32,897 nucleotides of DNA from Sphingobacteriales bacterium (GTDB taxonomy: Bacteria > Bacteroidota > Bacteroidia > Chitinophagales > JADIYW01). Positions 19,307 through 27,806 of the stretch are shown one piece after another. Within the stretch, counting starts at the first letter, position 1, and the number at the start of each line of letters is the position of its first letter. The translations under genes were made by a program, and so were the position numbers. A model generated the notes under the pieces. It did no database searches and was not told the origin of the DNA. It was given only the letters and a program-made list of their open reading frames with translations. The DNA lies in NCBI GenBank assembly GCA_031414515.1, contig JANNVS010000197.1:1-32897 (forward strand), given 5' to 3'.

Positions 19307-20855
19307 TAGTTTCTTCTATCTTTTTTTTATCTATTTCCAAAATAGAGTCGAAATGTGGCGTTTTAAATTCTTTTTTTTGTATTGCTGTATTTATATCATT
19401 TAAAGCTTTATCATATTTTTTTGCTTTCAAGTATATATGGCTTCTTTCCTGATAGAATATCCAAATATTATTTATCCATATATTTTTTCCTAGGGCATCA
19501 CCTTTCTCTAAATAATTCAGGGCCTTTTGGGTTTCGCCCTTTTTATCATGAAATATACTAAGCTTATAAAAAAAATCTTCTGACGGATAATATTTCACAT
19601 CATTTTCAAATACTCTTATTTCATCTTGCCAAACAGGAAGATGCACTCTAAAGAGAAAAATAAGTAATAAAATATAACTTAAAAAGATGGTTGTTTTGAT
19701 TGGAGTATTTTTTAATATTTTATTTAATATTAAAATTAAATATAACAGAATACCTAATGAGGAATGATAAAAATACCTGTTTGCAACTAGCATGGGTATA
19801 TCGCCAAGTGGATAATACATTAAGTTTAGTAATGGTAAGATACTGATTGTATAATATCCTAATGCGAAAAAAAGTGCATTTTGTTTCTTAATTAAATGAT
19901 AAAACATCAGGCCTATTATCAATAGACTACTAACAAACATTATTGGATAAACAGAAGGTATTGGTAAATGCTCTGAAGGAGCTGGATAGAAGACTGCCAA
20001 TGGAAAAGGAAACAAACTCTTTACCCAATAATAGCTGTAACTATATCCAGCAAAAATAAGGTGTTCAAGCGTAGAATAACTGAAATCTCTGGTTAGGATA
20101 TTTCTGTCATTAGCAACTTTGTTAAGGTACCAAAATAGCAAAACAAATGGCAGCATTGGTAGTATCTGTCTGGCAATAGTTTTGATTTTAATAGCATCTC
20201 TATTTTCATGAATGTACAAAATAACAAATACTCCAGGCAATGTTATTGCGGTTGCTTTTGCCATAGTAGATATGATCCACAATACAATTGATAATAGGTA
20301 TAAAAATTTACTTTGTTTTCTTGACGGATTCTCCAGAAATAATTTATAGCTTATCAGAGATGCTAATAAATAAAAATAAAATAGAGACTGTTTTCTGTCA
20401 GAAGCCCACACAACAGATTCTATATTGATAGGATGAATTAAAAAAAATAATGCGACTAGGAATGCAATCCATCTTTCTTTAACTAAAAGATTTATGAAAA
20501 TAAAAAGCAGGATGCCAGATAGGATATGCAATAGTAAGTTGTGCAGTTTAAATATGAATGGATTAAGTCCAAATAGAAAATAATCGATAGAATAACTAAC
20601 ATAAGTAACAGGCATGTAATGTAAATCTGTGGTATCATTTATAAATAAATTTATAATCCCTTGTACAGAAAAATCTTTAATAGCACTATTAGTAATAATT
20701 AGCCATTTGTCATCTAAAAGAGGCAAAAATTCGTAATATAAAGATGGATAATATAGAACGAATGGTACTAGCACCAAAACTGCTATCATGATAGTGAGCT
20801 GCTTGGTATATAGAATATGTCTTATAGGAAATGACATCCGATTTAACTTTATCAA
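19281..20855 (-). CDS. TMTC-like GT-C membrane glycosyltransferase with TPR (family B copy 3)
   Basis: LDDKW, YMPVTY, HNLLLH, HPINIESVVW, NRYFY, WQDE, TPR-like tail; start uncertain (TTG at 20855 or ATG at 20837). Confidence 0.75.
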   Translation of the reverse strand: MIKLNRMSFPIRHILYTKQLTIMIAVLVLVPFVLYYPSLYYEFLPLLDDKWLIITNSAIKDFSVQGIINLFINDTTDLHYMPVTYVSYSIDYFLFGLNPFIFKLHNLLLHILSGILLFIFINLLVKERWIAFLVALFFLIHPINIESVVWASDRKQSLFYFYLLASLISYKLFLENPSRKQSKFLYLLSIVLWIISTMAKATAITLPGVFVILYIHENRDAIKIKTIARQILPMLPFVLLFWYLNKVANDRNILTRDFSYSTLEHLIFAGYSYSYYWVKSLFPFPLAVFYPAPSEHLPIPSVYPIMFVSSLLIIGLMFYHLIKKQNALFFALGYYTISILPLLNLMYYPLGDIPMLVANRYFYHSSLGILLYLILILNKILKNTPIKTTIFLSYILLLIFLFRVHLPVWQDEIRVFENDVKYYPSEDFFYKLSIFHDKKGETQKALNYLEKGDALGKNIWINNIWIFYQERSHIYLKAKKYDKALNDINTAIQKKEFKTPHFDSILEIDKKKIEETIKKSTTVK

Positions 20856-21117
20856 AAGGTATCTAAAATAATTTGATTATAAATTTAATGTATAAAGATA
20901 AGTTTTCCTGTCAATTTCTTTCTGTTCAAATCTTCAGCATTTAAAGATAATTGCATAAAATAAAAAAATTGAAATGCTGCACTATAATAGTTATTAGAAA
21001 TTAATTGACTTAGACTAAGATTTATTCTTTTTTATTTCATGGATAATAAATTACTTCTTTTTATAAATCATAGCTTTAAATTGCTAATTTTATTTCTAGT
21101 TGTTTGATTCCGATTAC

Positions 21118-22149
21118 ATGAAAGTGATTTTGAAATATATTTTAGCAGTCATTTTCTTCTTATTACTTTCTGAAGGAATAGTAAGATTAATAGGAATTCC
21201 ACTTTTCCCAAATGCAGAACAGAGTACTGAAAGGTCTGAACCTAGTGAATATGCTGGATTCGACCCTAAGTATGGACCTTATCCAATACCAGGGAAATTT
21301 CAGGTTCTCTTTACAAATAAATGGTGTCAGGTAACGCATAATAAGGATAGTAATCGTATTACAAGACCAATTTCAGATATTATAGATTACACTAGAAAAC
21401 CAAAAATTAATATTTATGGTTGCTCTTATACTTGGGGCACAGGTATAAGCGATTCATCAACTTATCCTTATCTGGTTCAGAAAGCATTCCCTTTTTACAA
21501 TGTCCAAAATAAAGGTATTTTTGCTGCAGGTAATGTAATCGCTTATTTACAGATTAAAGAAGAGATACGTAGACATCAACAGCCAGCGATTGCACTTGTT
21601 GCGTATGCATCTTTCCACGATCAGCGAAATACATTTAACAGAGAATGGGCAATCCCAATAAAAGAAAGTGTCAAATCTGTAAATTACGATAATCCCACAT
21701 CGCTTAATGATGCTATTAATCATATTGATACTATACAGTTGCCACATGCACTAATATTACATGATTCATTGTGTATAGAATATAAGCCACTGGCTGGAAA
21801 TTTGTTTCCATTTAGTAAATATTCCGCAATCTGTAATCTTATTAATTATTACATTAATTATAGAAACGAAGAAGAAACCAAAAGTAATGAAGTTACCAGA
21901 AAGATATTTTTTGAAATAAATAAAATATGTAAGCAAAATGGAATTAGGCTAATTGTAACATGTATTGACAATGACAAGAATACATTAGGTATGCAGGATT
22001 ATTTCAAGAAACAAAGTATTGAATTTTTATCATTTGGAGTAGATTGGAATGATAAGAATTATAATCTATATCCTGATGAACATCCAAATGAAAAGGCTCA
22101 TGTAATTTATGCAAAGAAGATAGTTGACTATTTAGCAAAAAATCCTTGA
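21118..22149 (+). CDS. Membrane-anchored SGNH/GDSL-fold protein (esterase or O-acyltransferase)
   Basis: N-terminal anchor ending in EGIVRL, block I GCSYTWG, VQNKG, C-terminal DEHPNEKAH; the ATG at 21118 is preferred over the TTG at 21100. Confidence 0.75.
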   Translation: MKVILKYILAVIFFLLLSEGIVRLIGIPLFPNAEQSTERSEPSEYAGFDPKYGPYPIPGKFQVLFTNKWCQVTHNKDSNRITRPISDIIDYTRKPKINIYGCSYTWGTGISDSSTYPYLVQKAFPFYNVQNKGIFAAGNVIAYLQIKEEIRRHQQPAIALVAYASFHDQRNTFNREWAIPIKESVKSVNYDNPTSLNDAINHIDTIQLPHALILHDSLCIEYKPLAGNLFPFSKYSAICNLINYYINYRNEEETKSNEVTRKIFFEINKICKQNGIRLIVTCIDNDKNTLGMQDYFKKQSIEFLSFGVDWNDKNYNLYPDEHPNEKAHVIYAKKIVDYLAKNP

Positions 22150-22217
22150 AAAAGCAATTAACTTATTTTCAATTAATGGATTCAGCTTTTAAATAATCCT
22201 ATTAAAATAGTATTAGG

Positions 22218-23465
22218 TTACTTTTTTATTTTCTGCATAACGCTTAGTAATGGACCTGTCATAAATGTAGTTGTAATTGCCATTAATACTAAGATGGTAA
22301 ATAATTCAGGTTTAATTATTCCTAGATCATAACCGATATTTAAAATTATTAACTCTATCAAACCTCTTGTATTCATTAGTATTCCGATGGAAAATGAATC
22401 GTGCCAGTTTAACCCAGATGCTTTAGACGCCAAAGTGCTCGAAACTAGTTTTCCTGCAATCGCTAAGATTAAAATAATAAAGAATAGAAACCATAAATTT
22501 CCTGTGTTCAATAAACCAATTGAAGTGCGTAAACCTGACAACACAAAGAAAATTGGTAAAAATAGAATAACGGTTATATCGTGAATCTTTTTTATCAATT
22601 CCGATTTGTCAAATTTCTTTTCAGAGATAATGATACCTGCAATAAATGCACCAAACAATGCGTGAATACCCAATAATTCTGTGAGTATGGAAGAGAACAA
22701 CACGATTGATAGCATAATTATAGTAAAATAATTTTTAATACGATGTAGTAATTTTTGTAATAAAGGCTTTATGATAAGAAACATAAAACATAAATAAAAT
22801 ATGATAAATACAAATCGAGTAAAAGCAGCATATAAATTTTCTGCTTCCACATAAGCAAGGATTATTGATAATATAAACCATGCAGCGCAATCGTTTATTG
22901 CAGCACAGGATAAGGAAAGATAACCAACTTTAGTTTTTTGCATTTTTTTTTCTAAAATAATTCTCGCTAAAACAGGAAATGCTGTTATAGAAAAAGCAAT
23001 ACCCATAAATAATGCAAATGAAAAAAAAGTGTGTTGTTCTGGTGTAAAAAAACTATAAATGTAATAGGCAACTCCATAGCCTATCATAAATGGAATCAGA
23101 ATGCTTGATGTGCTGATTATAGCAATGGATTTCATTTCACCTTTTAATTCAGTTAAGTCTAGTTCTAAACCAACAATAAACATAAATAATACTAATCCAA
23201 TTTGACTCATGTATTGTAAACCTTTTAAAGATTCCATTGGAAATACAAAGGCTGAGAAATCTGGATACAGAGCACCCATGATGGATGGCCCTAGTAAAAT
23301 ACCTGCCGCAATTTCACCAACCACTGCGGGTTGCCCAAGTTTTTTAAGTAGAAAACCCGTTACTTTTGCGACTGAAATAATTAATAATAATTGAAATAAG
23401 AATAAAATTTGTGGTTCTTTTAAACCAGCTATTATTTCATCGATAGAGTCTAAATTTGTTGTCAT
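22218..23465 (-). CDS. Cation:proton antiporter (CPA2, Na_H_Exchanger)
   Basis: GQPAVVGEIAAGILLGPS, SITAFPVLARI, AAIND, FGAFIAG, LPIFF, MNTRGL. Confidence 0.92.
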   Translation of the reverse strand: MTTNLDSIDEIIAGLKEPQILFLFQLLLIISVAKVTGFLLKKLGQPAVVGEIAAGILLGPSIMGALYPDFSAFVFPMESLKGLQYMSQIGLVLFMFIVGLELDLTELKGEMKSIAIISTSSILIPFMIGYGVAYYIYSFFTPEQHTFFSFALFMGIAFSITAFPVLARIILEKKMQKTKVGYLSLSCAAINDCAAWFILSIILAYVEAENLYAAFTRFVFIIFYLCFMFLIIKPLLQKLLHRIKNYFTIIMLSIVLFSSILTELLGIHALFGAFIAGIIISEKKFDKSELIKKIHDITVILFLPIFFVLSGLRTSIGLLNTGNLWFLFFIILILAIAGKLVSSTLASKASGLNWHDSFSIGILMNTRGLIELIILNIGYDLGIIKPELFTILVLMAITTTFMTGPLLSVMQKIKK

Positions 23466-23482
23466 ATTCCTTGCTTCTAATT

Positions 23483-24535
23483 CTATTTAGATGAAAAATA
23501 TCCAAAACTAATGAGTCTATTATCTGTATTATAAATTTTAATTGTAATCAAAGTTTCATTAGATGAGATTACTGGAAAGGTAGTTATTATATTGTATTTT
23601 CCTGGAGTAATATTTTTTAATTGATTAATCTTTAAATGGAGATTTAAAAATGAATTATCTATAATAGAATTTGCATTCTTTGTTGCTATGGCAGATATTT
23701 TAGTATAGGTAGTTTTAGCATCTTCATTTTCTATTATTAATTCATCCTGATTGATTTTATTCTCAGTAGTATGACTTAAAAGTGATACGATATGAAATAT
23801 ATTATCAGCATCTGATGCAGTATACCCAAATTTCTGAAAGATTTCGTTTACTCGTCGATTTTCATTTCTCGCACCAAAGGCAAAGTATTTTAATTTTTTT
23901 TCTATACAGAATCTTCTGATATATTCCTGCATATCAAAAAAGTAACCACCATTTCGATAGGGTTCAACAATGCCGCCAATATGCGACTCGAGTCTGTCAT
24001 CAATAATATTCAGTGCAAAAAATCCAACATAATTTTCTTTGTCTCTTATAAACATAATGGTATTGTTTGGAAAATCCTTCTGAAGGTTATGATTCTTGTA
24101 AAACTCAAACACACATAGAATTTCCTGCTCTTTTGTAACCAGCTGATTTAAAAACGGTGTTCTGTAATAGCCGATAGGATAGGTGCCCCAAGTTCCAATT
24201 AGCAATTGAAGTAATAAACCATCTTGTGTGCCATCATATTTTTCATATTGAAGATCTTTATGCAGAAATGTTCCTTCAGCCAAATCAGCAATTCTCGTTT
24301 TATATCGAATGATACTTCCAGAATAATAATAAGGTAAGCCAGTTCTTTCTAATTTTACAACTGCATCTTCATCACTGGCTGGTACAGTGAGCCGGCAAAT
24401 ATCGTATTCTTCTTTTAAGATTTGTTCTGATAGAGATAGTTCATCAAAGTTACTGGCAACACATCTGCCAACTTTAATGTTTAATAAATTAGTTTCATTT
24501 GCTGAAAAACTGACATTAGTTTCTTCTGATGACAT
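23483..24535 (-). CDS. GNAT-fold acyltransferase-like protein (possibly WecD-like)
   Basis: YVGFFA, GGIVEPYRNGGY (acyl-CoA motif A-like), N-x-x-V-x-x-x-F-x-K-F-G-Y (motif B); the N-terminus resembles WecD architecture. Confidence 0.5.
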   Translation of the reverse strand: MSSEETNVSFSANETNLLNIKVGRCVASNFDELSLSEQILKEEYDICRLTVPASDEDAVVKLERTGLPYYYSGSIIRYKTRIADLAEGTFLHKDLQYEKYDGTQDGLLLQLLIGTWGTYPIGYYRTPFLNQLVTKEQEILCVFEFYKNHNLQKDFPNNTIMFIRDKENYVGFFALNIIDDRLESHIGGIVEPYRNGGYFFDMQEYIRRFCIEKKLKYFAFGARNENRRVNEIFQKFGYTASDADNIFHIVSLLSHTTENKINQDELIIENEDAKTTYTKISAIATKNANSIIDNSFLNLHLKINQLKNITPGKYNIITTFPVISSNETLITIKIYNTDNRLISFGYFSSK

Positions 24536-24553
24536 TTTTTATAAATTATTTAC

Positions 24554-24561
24554 CAAATTTA
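24554..24561 (-). promoter_or_regulatory. Bacteroidota-type -7 promoter element (TAAATTTG on the minus strand)
   Basis: caaattta on the + strand, 18 bp upstream of the start at 24535. Confidence 0.5.
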
Positions 24562-24664
24562 GAAAAAATACATAGTTTAAATTAATAAAACCAACTAATT
24601 TTATTATTTTTTCATGCTTGTTTTCTTATCTGTTTTGAGTCAAAAATGATACATTTACATAATT

Positions 24665-25567
24665 ATGATGCAGAATAATAATTCTATAGTTAGCCTTTCT
24701 GATATAAGAGAATTATCCATATTAAAGACATGGAAAAGTATTTTAATCATTCTTGTAGAATGGTTGATTATAATAGCTTGTGTTTTTGCTCATAAAATGT
24801 ATTCAAATATCGTTATGTACTTCATGGTTTGGTTTATAATTTCCACCAGACTATATGCCATGTATAGTTTAATTCACGAAGCTATACATTATTCTATTAG
24901 CAGAAACAAAGTGTTGAATGATGGTATTGCACAATTTTTTTTAGGAATTCCGTTGTTTATTTCCATAACAGAAATCCGAAAGGCACACTTGGCACATCAT
25001 AAATATTTGCAAACAGAAAACGATCCGGAAATGAAACATTTGTTATATAATGAATTTCAATTTCCTAAAACTAAAACACAAATAGCAGCATTATTTTTTT
25101 TAGATATTAGTGGAATTAATTTTGTGTATTACAAATTGTTAAAATTATTTAGTTGGTTGTTGAATTTTGATTTAAACAAACTTAAAGATGCAGTTAAAAT
25201 TATTTTGTTTGCTATAGTTTTTGTAGTTGCTTATTATAATAATTTTTTAATAGATTTAATGCTGTATTGGTTGATTCCTTTTGCAACGCTATATCAATTA
25301 TTAAACAGAATTAGGTTGTCGACGGAACATTTTAATATCGATGAAACGAATGCTTTCAAAACAAGGTCAGTTATTCCATCTTTTATGGAAAAATGTATTT
25401 TTTCACCACATAATTTAGGATACCATTTGGAACATCATTTATATCCAGGAATTCCGTTTTATAATTTGCCTAAATTGCACGATAAATTAATTAATGATTC
25501 AGATTATGTTAAAAATGCAATAGTTGAATCGAGTTATACAGAAGTTTTAAAAGATTTTATAAAATAA
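24665..25567 (+). CDS. Membrane-bound fatty acid desaturase family protein
   Basis: Three His boxes HEAIH, HLAHH, HLEHH; DPE after box 2; PFYNLP. Confidence 0.88.
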   Translation: MMQNNNSIVSLSDIRELSILKTWKSILIILVEWLIIIACVFAHKMYSNIVMYFMVWFIISTRLYAMYSLIHEAIHYSISRNKVLNDGIAQFFLGIPLFISITEIRKAHLAHHKYLQTENDPEMKHLLYNEFQFPKTKTQIAALFFLDISGINFVYYKLLKLFSWLLNFDLNKLKDAVKIILFAIVFVVAYYNNFLIDLMLYWLIPFATLYQLLNRIRLSTEHFNIDETNAFKTRSVIPSFMEKCIFSPHNLGYHLEHHLYPGIPFYNLPKLHDKLINDSDYVKNAIVESSYTEVLKDFIK

Positions 25568-25568
25568 G

Positions 25569-26384
25569 ATGAATATCAATAATCATATCAATTCTTTAGA
25601 TAAAGAAGCATTTCTACAGGAGTTTACAGCAAACGGTTATGTAATAGTAGAAGGTATTTATTCCAATGAATTTTTGAGTGAATTAATGCCTGAATTAGAG
25701 ATGGCAAAAGTGAAAGAAGCAATTATCAATCTTGCAAATAATCAAAAGGCAGACGGCACTTTACTGGCTTGTCCGATTTATGGCGGTAAGTTTTTAGACG
25801 TGCTCGAAAATAAAAAATTCTTCGAGCCATTCAACTGGATATTAGGTGATACTTGTATAATTTGGGTGTATACTTCGTCATCGTTAGCACCAAATAGTAT
25901 TAATTCTACATCTCGTATTCATGTAGATAGGCCGCATTTTATTCCAAATTATAATGAAGGTGTTGGTAGTTTAATTTTGTTAGATGATTTTACAGAAGAA
26001 AATGGCGCTACTTGGTTTTTACCTGGTTCACATAATACAGCAGTAGAACCAGATGAAGATTATTTTTATAATAATGCCAAACGACTGATTGCACCAAAAG
26101 GTTCTGTTTTTTATTTTAATTTACGATTATGGCATGCTGGCGGAATGAATACGACAAATAAAAGTCGTAATGCATTAGGTATTGGAATGATTAGGCCATA
26201 TTACAAGCAAAGAATTGATTTACCTCGTGCTTTGGAACATATCGATACTTCTAATTTATCAAATATGACGAAACAAAAATTAGGTTTCTTTTCTCAACCA
26301 CCAATATCCTTAGAAGAGTTTTATGATAATGGCAAAGGAAAGATAAAGCATCAGCCTTCTGAATGGGAAAAACCAATGAAGTAA
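25569..26384 (+). CDS. Phytanoyl-CoA dioxygenase (PhyH) family Fe/2OG oxygenase
   Basis: NGYVIV, HVD, LDDFTEENGAT..LPGSH, APKGS, LWHAGG.N, R; starts 1 bp after the desaturase stop. Confidence 0.88.
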   Translation: MNINNHINSLDKEAFLQEFTANGYVIVEGIYSNEFLSELMPELEMAKVKEAIINLANNQKADGTLLACPIYGGKFLDVLENKKFFEPFNWILGDTCIIWVYTSSSLAPNSINSTSRIHVDRPHFIPNYNEGVGSLILLDDFTEENGATWFLPGSHNTAVEPDEDYFYNNAKRLIAPKGSVFYFNLRLWHAGGMNTTNKSRNALGIGMIRPYYKQRIDLPRALEHIDTSNLSNMTKQKLGFFSQPPISLEEFYDNGKGKIKHQPSEWEKPMK

Positions 26385-26385
26385 A

Positions 26386-27735
26386 TCAGCGCGCCTGGTA
26401 GGCTTGTTTGTTTGATTTTTCTAAAATAGCATCATGATTATTTTCTGCTTTAGACATAATGGCTAAAAAATCATAGTGAGCATTCCATAACTCACTCACA
26501 CTTTTATAATCATGATATGGATAGTTATATTTCGCACATAAATTTTTCACAATAGGAATCATCTTTTGTAAATTTTCTACTGGTATGAATGGTATTAAAT
26601 GATGCTCTATTTGTACATTAAATCCACCAGTGTACCAATTCCAAAATTTGCTATCTGAACAGAAATTAGTAGTGTTATGACAGGCATAATAGGCAAATTT
26701 ATTCTTGTACTCATCAGGTATCTGCTGAATTACTTGTGGTACAAAATGATTGATTGCAGAACCTACATATATTCCATAAAACAATATACATTGATACACA
26801 AAATAAAGAGTGATATGCCATAGCAATCCATTGTTTGTCAATAGAGTTGGAATAACAATAAAATATACTATTGTCATAAATAGCGATAGGTTATGTTTTA
26901 GTGTTATTTTGCGATTATGATTAGTCCAGAAGTTAGATTTTATGCCACCAATGGTAGTGATAATATTGGCATAAAATGGATAAATATATTTGGCCAATTT
27001 ATGTTGATGTTTATGAAAATAATTTGGTGTGACATTTCCTGAATATCGAATGAATGATGCAAAAGCGGCTACTTCAAAATCATATTCAGGGTCACCAATT
27101 TTTATATGATGACTATTGTGTTCGTATCGCAATCCAGATTGTGTAATAAAAGGCCAAAAAACTGGCCATGTAATATCTAATAATATTTTTAGTAATTTAT
27201 TCTTTGGAAAATTTCTGTGTGTGGCTTCATGTCCAATCAACCCAAATAATGAAGTGCCGATAATGGCTTGTAATGCAACAAAGATTATAGAGATCCACCA
27301 GGCAATATTTCCATAGAGTGCCAGTACTGAAAGACCGAAAAATATAGTAAGATTTATTAATCGAAACCAGAAAAATTTATTTTGGAAAGCATTTGGTATT
27401 TTGTACAATTTTGCTTTGTAAGATTGATCGACTAATTCCATAAAAAATGGCTCATCAAAATCATTTATATTTATATGTTCTTCTAAAGGTAATATGCCAA
27501 TTTTTAGATTTTCTAGCCGTTTTATTACAGTTGGATTTTTGCCATGTTTTCCAATAAAATAACTAGTGGCATCTTCACCAGCTCTAGATAATAATATTTC
27601 ACTTCCGCCAGGATGCTGTTTGATAAAACCAGTGAAGTCGTAAACATTGTTTTGGATAATTAACCAACAATCATTTATTGAATTATGTTGAAGAATTTCA
27701 ACTCTGGAAATAATATTTGTATCAATGGTTGACAT
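26386..27735 (-). CDS. Cytochrome b5-fused front-end-type fatty acid desaturase
   Basis: N-terminal b5 domain (HN...DCWLII...VYD...HPGG...AGEDAT.YF...H); His boxes HEATH, HNSHH and QIEHH. Confidence 0.88.
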   Translation of the reverse strand: MSTIDTNIISRVEILQHNSINDCWLIIQNNVYDFTGFIKQHPGGSEILLSRAGEDATSYFIGKHGKNPTVIKRLENLKIGILPLEEHININDFDEPFFMELVDQSYKAKLYKIPNAFQNKFFWFRLINLTIFFGLSVLALYGNIAWWISIIFVALQAIIGTSLFGLIGHEATHRNFPKNKLLKILLDITWPVFWPFITQSGLRYEHNSHHIKIGDPEYDFEVAAFASFIRYSGNVTPNYFHKHQHKLAKYIYPFYANIITTIGGIKSNFWTNHNRKITLKHNLSLFMTIVYFIVIPTLLTNNGLLWHITLYFVYQCILFYGIYVGSAINHFVPQVIQQIPDEYKNKFAYYACHNTTNFCSDSKFWNWYTGGFNVQIEHHLIPFIPVENLQKMIPIVKNLCAKYNYPYHDYKSVSELWNAHYDFLAIMSKAENNHDAILEKSNKQAYQAR

Positions 27736-27806
27736 TTTTTAATTAACGTAGTATTTTATGTTGCAATTTAAGGCGCTGAAATGAATTTGTTTGAATACTA
27801 TTCAAT

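Noticed and set aside
3174-20855. Repeated DNA segments as a CRISPR array, tandem repeat or diversity-generating retroelement template/variable pair
   Set aside because: The repeats are in-frame parts of paralogous genes, there is no spacer periodicity, no reverse transcriptase or cas gene is present, and the differences are not adenine-specific.
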